Origin: Rhodospirillaceae bacterium | GTDB taxonomy: Bacteria; Pseudomonadota; Gammaproteobacteria; Steroidobacterales; Rariloculaceae | Direction: 5' to 3' | Assembly (NCBI GenBank): GCA_037445815.1 | Contig: JBBIJV010000002.1 | Coordinates: 1-51,280, forward strand | Length of the DNA: 51,280 nt | Part shown: positions 47,901-51,280 of the stretch, piece after piece | Layout: each line of letters begins with the position of its first letter | Position numbering within the stretch: position 1 is the stretch's first letter | Position numbers and translations under genes: made by a program | The notes under the pieces: model-generated | The model's database searches: none | What the model saw: only the letters and a program-made list of their open reading frames with translations | Told to the model about the DNA's origin: nothing

Positions 47901-48524
47901 TCACGCCTCGAATTGCGAGACGTCGCCCTTCCCTTTTCGCACGACGGCCACCTCACCGGCGCTCAAGTCGAGCACAGACGTCGGCTCGATGCCGCAAGCA
48001 CCGCCGTCGACGATGAGGTCGACTTGACGCTCGAGACGATCGCGAATCTCCTCCGGATCCGTGAGCGGCAAAGACTCGTTCGGCAGCACGAGCGTCGAGC
48101 TCATCAGCGGCTCGCCGAGCGCGGCGAGCAGCGCCTGAGCGATGGTGTGATCCGGCACGCGGATGCCGATGGAGCGCTTTTTCGGGTGCTGTAGCCGCTT
48201 CGGCAGCTGATTCGTGGCTCGAAGAACGAACGTGTACGGTCCCGGGGTCAGCTGCTTGAGCAGCCGATACGCCCAATTGTCGACGCGCGCGTAAATAGCG
48301 ATGTCCGTGAGGTCGCGACAGACCAACGTGAAGTCGTGATCGCGGTCGATGCCCCGCAACTGCCGCACGCGGTCGAGCGCGGCCTTGTCGCCGAGGTGCC
48401 AACCGAAGGCGTAGCTCGAGTCCGTCGGATAGACGATGAGCCCGCCGGCGCGAACAATCTCGGCGGCCCGATTCAACAGGCGCAGCTGAGGATTGATGGG
48501 ATGGACTTTGAAGTATTGGCCCAC
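47901..48524 (-). CDS. YciO-type L-threonylcarbamoyladenylate synthase family protein (YrdC fold)
   Basis: MGQYFKVHPINPQLRLLNRAAEIVRAGGLIVYPTDSSYAFG...FTLVCRDL...VDLIVDGG is collinear with E. coli YciO. Confidence 0.85.
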   Translation of the reverse strand: MGQYFKVHPINPQLRLLNRAAEIVRAGGLIVYPTDSSYAFGWHLGDKAALDRVRQLRGIDRDHDFTLVCRDLTDIAIYARVDNWAYRLLKQLTPGPYTFVLRATNQLPKRLQHPKKRSIGIRVPDHTIAQALLAALGEPLMSSTLVLPNESLPLTDPEEIRDRLERQVDLIVDGGACGIEPTSVLDLSAGEVAVVRKGKGDVSQFEA

Positions 48525-48599
48525 GCTGCAATTCTAGGCCGGGTTGGGGGGCGCTGGCCAAGGGCGTTAAGATGCCCGCGAACAGGAGGACCGCCCCGA

Positions 48600-49173
48600 A
48601 TGCAGCTGCTCTTCGACTTTCTGCCGTTGATCGCGTTTTTTGGTGCCTACGTATTCTACGACCTGTACGTGGCGACCGCGACGATCATCGTCGTGATGGC
48701 ATTGCAAATCGCGTACCAATGGTTTCGGCATCGCAAGATCAACAAGATGCTGTTGAACGCCGGGTTGGAAGCACTTGATCTCGGGCGCGCTGGTCACCGT
48801 GTTCGGCGGCATAACGCTCGCGCTGCGCAATCCTTTGTTCATTCAGTGGAAGGTCACCGTCGTCAACTGGTTGTTCGCGGCCGCGTTTCTCGGCAGCCAG
48901 TACATCGGAGACAAGACGTTCACGCAGCGAATCATGGGCCAGGCCGTCGAGCTCGAGCGTCACGTGTGGCGCCAGCTCAATATGCTGTGGGTTGCGAACT
49001 TCGCCGTGATCGGCGCGCTGAATCTCTTCGTCATGTACAACTTCGACGAACAAACCTGGGTGTACTTCAAGACTTGGGGGATGATCGGCCTCTCGTTGCT
49101 CATGGCCGTCGGTCAAGCGATTTGGATTTCGTCTCGCACGAGTGACGGCAACGCAGGCAGTAGTAGCAAGTGA
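48600..49173 (+). pseudogene. yciB: Intracellular septation protein YciB, interrupted by a single frameshift (or a sequencing error)
   Basis: The frame from ATG 48600 gives MQLLFDFLPLIAFFGAYVFYDLYVATATIIVVMALQIAYQWFRHRKINKM, then loses homology. The +1 frame from about 48775 gives LISGALVTVFGGITLALRNPLFIQWKVTVVNWLFAAAFLGSQYIGDKTFTQRIMG... through to the stop at 49173. Confidence 0.7.
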
Positions 49174-49472
49174 TGCTGTACGCGATCATCGCGCGCGACG
49201 TACCAAACAGCCTGGCTCTGCGCCGGAACGTTCGCCCGCGGCATCTCGAGTACCTGCAGCCGCTCGTTGATCAAGGGCGCGTGGTATTCGCCGGCCCTCA
49301 TCCGGCCATCGATAGTCCAGACCCCGGCCCGGCCGGCTTTAACGGCAGCCTGATCATCGCCGAGTTCGACTCGCTCGAGCGTGCGCGCGCTTGGTCCGCG
49401 GCGGATCCCTATGTGGTGGAAGGCGTGTTCGGCGAGGTCGAGATCAAGCCCGTAGTTCAGGTGGCTCCATGA
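49173..49472 (+). CDS. YciI-family protein
   Basis: MLYAIIARDVPNSLALRRNVRPRHLEYL...AGPHPAIDSPDPGPAGFNGSLIIAEFDSLERARAW parallels E. coli YciI. The start abuts the yciB stop. Confidence 0.8.
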   Translation: MLYAIIARDVPNSLALRRNVRPRHLEYLQPLVDQGRVVFAGPHPAIDSPDPGPAGFNGSLIIAEFDSLERARAWSAADPYVVEGVFGEVEIKPVVQVAP

Positions 49473-49762
49473 CCGCCGACCGCGTGGCGCTGATTCGCAG
49501 CCGGCTCGAAGAAGCGCTCGAGCCCGAGGAGCTCGAGATCGTCGACGACAGCCGCCGACACGCCGGTCACGTCGGCGCGCGGGATGGCCGCGGCCATTTC
49601 AACGTGCGAATTCGCTCCCGCCGATTCGCCGGCAAGCGAAGCGTCGAACGGCACCGAATGGTCTATGCCGCGCTCGGGTCGCTGATGCAAACGGACATAC
49701 ACGCGCTCGCGCTCGTCGCTCTGAGCCCTGAAGATTCGGACAGCTCGAAGGTCAAATCATGA
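49469..49762 (+). CDS. BolA-family protein
   Basis: The ATG overlaps the yciI stop (ATGA). Contains LEIVDDSRRHAGH...HFNVRIRSRRFAGKRSVERHRMVYAAL...IHALAL. Confidence 0.8.
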   Translation: MTADRVALIRSRLEEALEPEELEIVDDSRRHAGHVGARDGRGHFNVRIRSRRFAGKRSVERHRMVYAALGSLMQTDIHALALVALSPEDSDSSKVKS

Positions 49763-50580
49763 GAATTCCACGGGTTCTGCGGTTCACTGCGCTCGCGACT
49801 CTGGCGGCTGCATGCTCACAAGAAGTAGCCAATACGCCTGCAAGCAACCTCGGTTCGACACGCGTAGCGGTTGTGAACGGCAAGCCCCTCGCCGAGTCCG
49901 TCGTTCGCACCTACGTGTTGGCAACGGAGCGCCAGCATCTCGACGATCTGAGCTCCGAGGATCGCGAACGCGTCATCAACGACGTCATCGGCTTGGAGCT
50001 CCTTGCGCAGGAGGCCGAGAAACAAGGATTGACGGACTCGCGCTCGCTCGCTGCGCAGATCGAGCTCCAGCGCCTGCAACTCGTGGCGCGCGCTATGGCT
50101 TCGGATTACACGCAGAAGAATCCGCCCACCGAAGCCGACATTCGAGCGATCTACGACGAGAACCTGCCTCGCTTGTCCGGACAGCAATTCAAAGCCCGCC
50201 ACATTTTGGTGAGCACAAAAGCCGAGGCGGACGCCGTTATTGAGGAGCTGAACCAAGGCGGCGACTTCGTTGAGCTAGCCGAAGCACGCGCAGACGGCCC
50301 GACAGGGCCAAACGGCGGCGCTCTCGACTGGTTCACACTCGACTCGCTGCCACCTTCTTTTGCCGCAGCGGTTCGACAAATGACCGTTGGCTCCTACTCA
50401 CGTGAACCGGTGCAGACGGATTTCGGATACCACGTGATCCTGCTCGAGGACATGCGCCAACAAGAACCGCCCCCGCTCGAGAGTCTGCGGGCCGACCTCA
50501 CCGAAGCCGCGGGAAGGAAGCGGCTGGACGACTACATCAAGTCGCTACGGGACGACGCGACGGTGAGTATCGAGCCGTAG
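49759..50580 (+). CDS. Parvulin-type peptidyl-prolyl cis-trans isomerase, probable lipoprotein
   Basis: The lipobox is LATLAAAC. The PpiC domain is FKARHILVSTKAEADAVIEELNQGGDFVELA...GYHVILLED. Confidence 0.85.
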   Translation: MRIPRVLRFTALATLAAACSQEVANTPASNLGSTRVAVVNGKPLAESVVRTYVLATERQHLDDLSSEDRERVINDVIGLELLAQEAEKQGLTDSRSLAAQIELQRLQLVARAMASDYTQKNPPTEADIRAIYDENLPRLSGQQFKARHILVSTKAEADAVIEELNQGGDFVELAEARADGPTGPNGGALDWFTLDSLPPSFAAAVRQMTVGSYSREPVQTDFGYHVILLEDMRQQEPPPLESLRADLTEAAGRKRLDDYIKSLRDDATVSIEP

Positions 50581-50583
50581 GTA

Positions 50584-51280
50584 TCACTCTTCTGATGAGA
50601 TGAAGTGATAAACACCCACTCCGGTCTTGATACGTCGCCCTCGTCTTCTTGAGAGTTGGGCACCCGTGTTGTCTTGAGCGGACAACCAGTTGTTCAGCTC
50701 TAGAATGAACTTGTAACCCTTGGCTCGTAACAGCGCATCAAATGCGGGCATCAGTTCCTCAGGCAGCCCGTTATCAGCAAATACGATTCGCTCGAAGCGC
50801 CCTTTCCCGGGCTGCTTGTCCATGTTGTATTCGTACGTGCTGACGAAATCTCGGACGACCTCTCCGAACCTATGAAGAGCGTCCGGATGGAAATTTCTCG
50901 GCATATACACGCGAATCAACACTTTAAGGTTGCCCGCAGCGGTTTGCTCGACTGCTCCAACTCGCATCAATTCGTCGAGCATTGCACGGGGCGCCATATC
51001 CCCGCTATGTCGCCGCACCAGACTTGCGAAGCTTGCCGAATTCGGAGACTCGAACGGCAACTCCATTGGGAGGCCGTACGGTCCTGTGAAAGCCGGATCG
51101 CTGTGCCAGCCTTCAAGCACACGAATCACTCGATTGAGATTGCTGTCGAAATTCAAGGCGCCGCTTTGAAGGATCTCCTTCTGCTTCGCGACCTCCTTCC
51201 TTGTGAGCCCAGTAAGGATTGCGATTCGCGATAGAGAGGTCTTGCGGTCAGGAAGATCGAAGTCGCGCGCAGCGACCTCC
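50584..51280 (-). CDS. Hypothetical protein with an HTH-like N-terminal segment; 5' end lies beyond the window
   Basis: The reading frame stays open upstream of the listed TTG: ...DRKTSLSRIAILTGLTRKEVAKQKEILQSGALNFDSNLNRVIRVLEGWH... The region has markedly lower GC than the rest of the window. Confidence 0.5.
   Translation of the reverse strand, partial: EVAARDFDLPDRKTSLSRIAILTGLTRKEVAKQKEILQSGALNFDSNLNRVIRVLEGWHSDPAFTGPYGLPMELPFESPNSASFASLVRRHSGDMAPRAMLDELMRVGAVEQTAAGNLKVLIRVYMPRNFHPDALHRFGEVVRDFVSTYEYNMDKQPGKGRFERIVFADNGLPEELMPAFDALLRAKGYKFILELNNWLSAQDNTGAQLSRRRGRRIKTGVGVYHFISSEE

Overview
High-GC window (about two-thirds G+C by eye) with gammaproteobacterial-type synteny. I found no rRNA, tRNA, CRISPR array, transposase or integrase.

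Core chromosome, about 10.0-50.6 kb:
- TonB-dependent receptor, regB/regA two-component pair, WYL regulator, LuxR-VOC fusion, amidase, RraA-type aldolase, CoA-transferase.
- A long minus-strand housekeeping block: gyrA-serC-serA-pheA-aroA-cmk-rpsA-ihfB-lapA-lapB-comEA-galU.
- mtaD-like/ubiG/rmuC/yciK, an RRM glycine-rich RNA-binding protein, a DMT transporter and SDRs.
- rluB-scpB-scpA-M50 protease, and yciO / yciB-yciI-bolA-PPIase.

Accessory metal island, left ~9.6 kb, entirely on the minus strand:
- Gene order is merP-merE, then a MerR-type promoter, then merT-merA-merD.
- Next comes a MerC-like membrane domain fused in frame to a 6-Cys bufferin-type (BufA2-like) precursor.
- That is followed by a decayed pyridine-nucleotide-disulfide oxidoreductase, a DUF692/MNIO maturase and a DUF2063 partner.
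- A second MerR-type promoter then drives MerT-like, HMA periplasmic, outer-membrane, thioredoxin-like and MerR-family regulator genes.
- A second diverged copy of the oxidoreductase/DUF692 junction sits at the left window edge. A degraded vapBC pair marks the right edge of the island.

The most interesting signal is the mercury operon reading straight into a RiPP metallophore (bufferin-type) maturation module, with the precursor fused to MerC. A sharp GC drop after 50.58 kb suggests another acquired segment begins at the right window edge.
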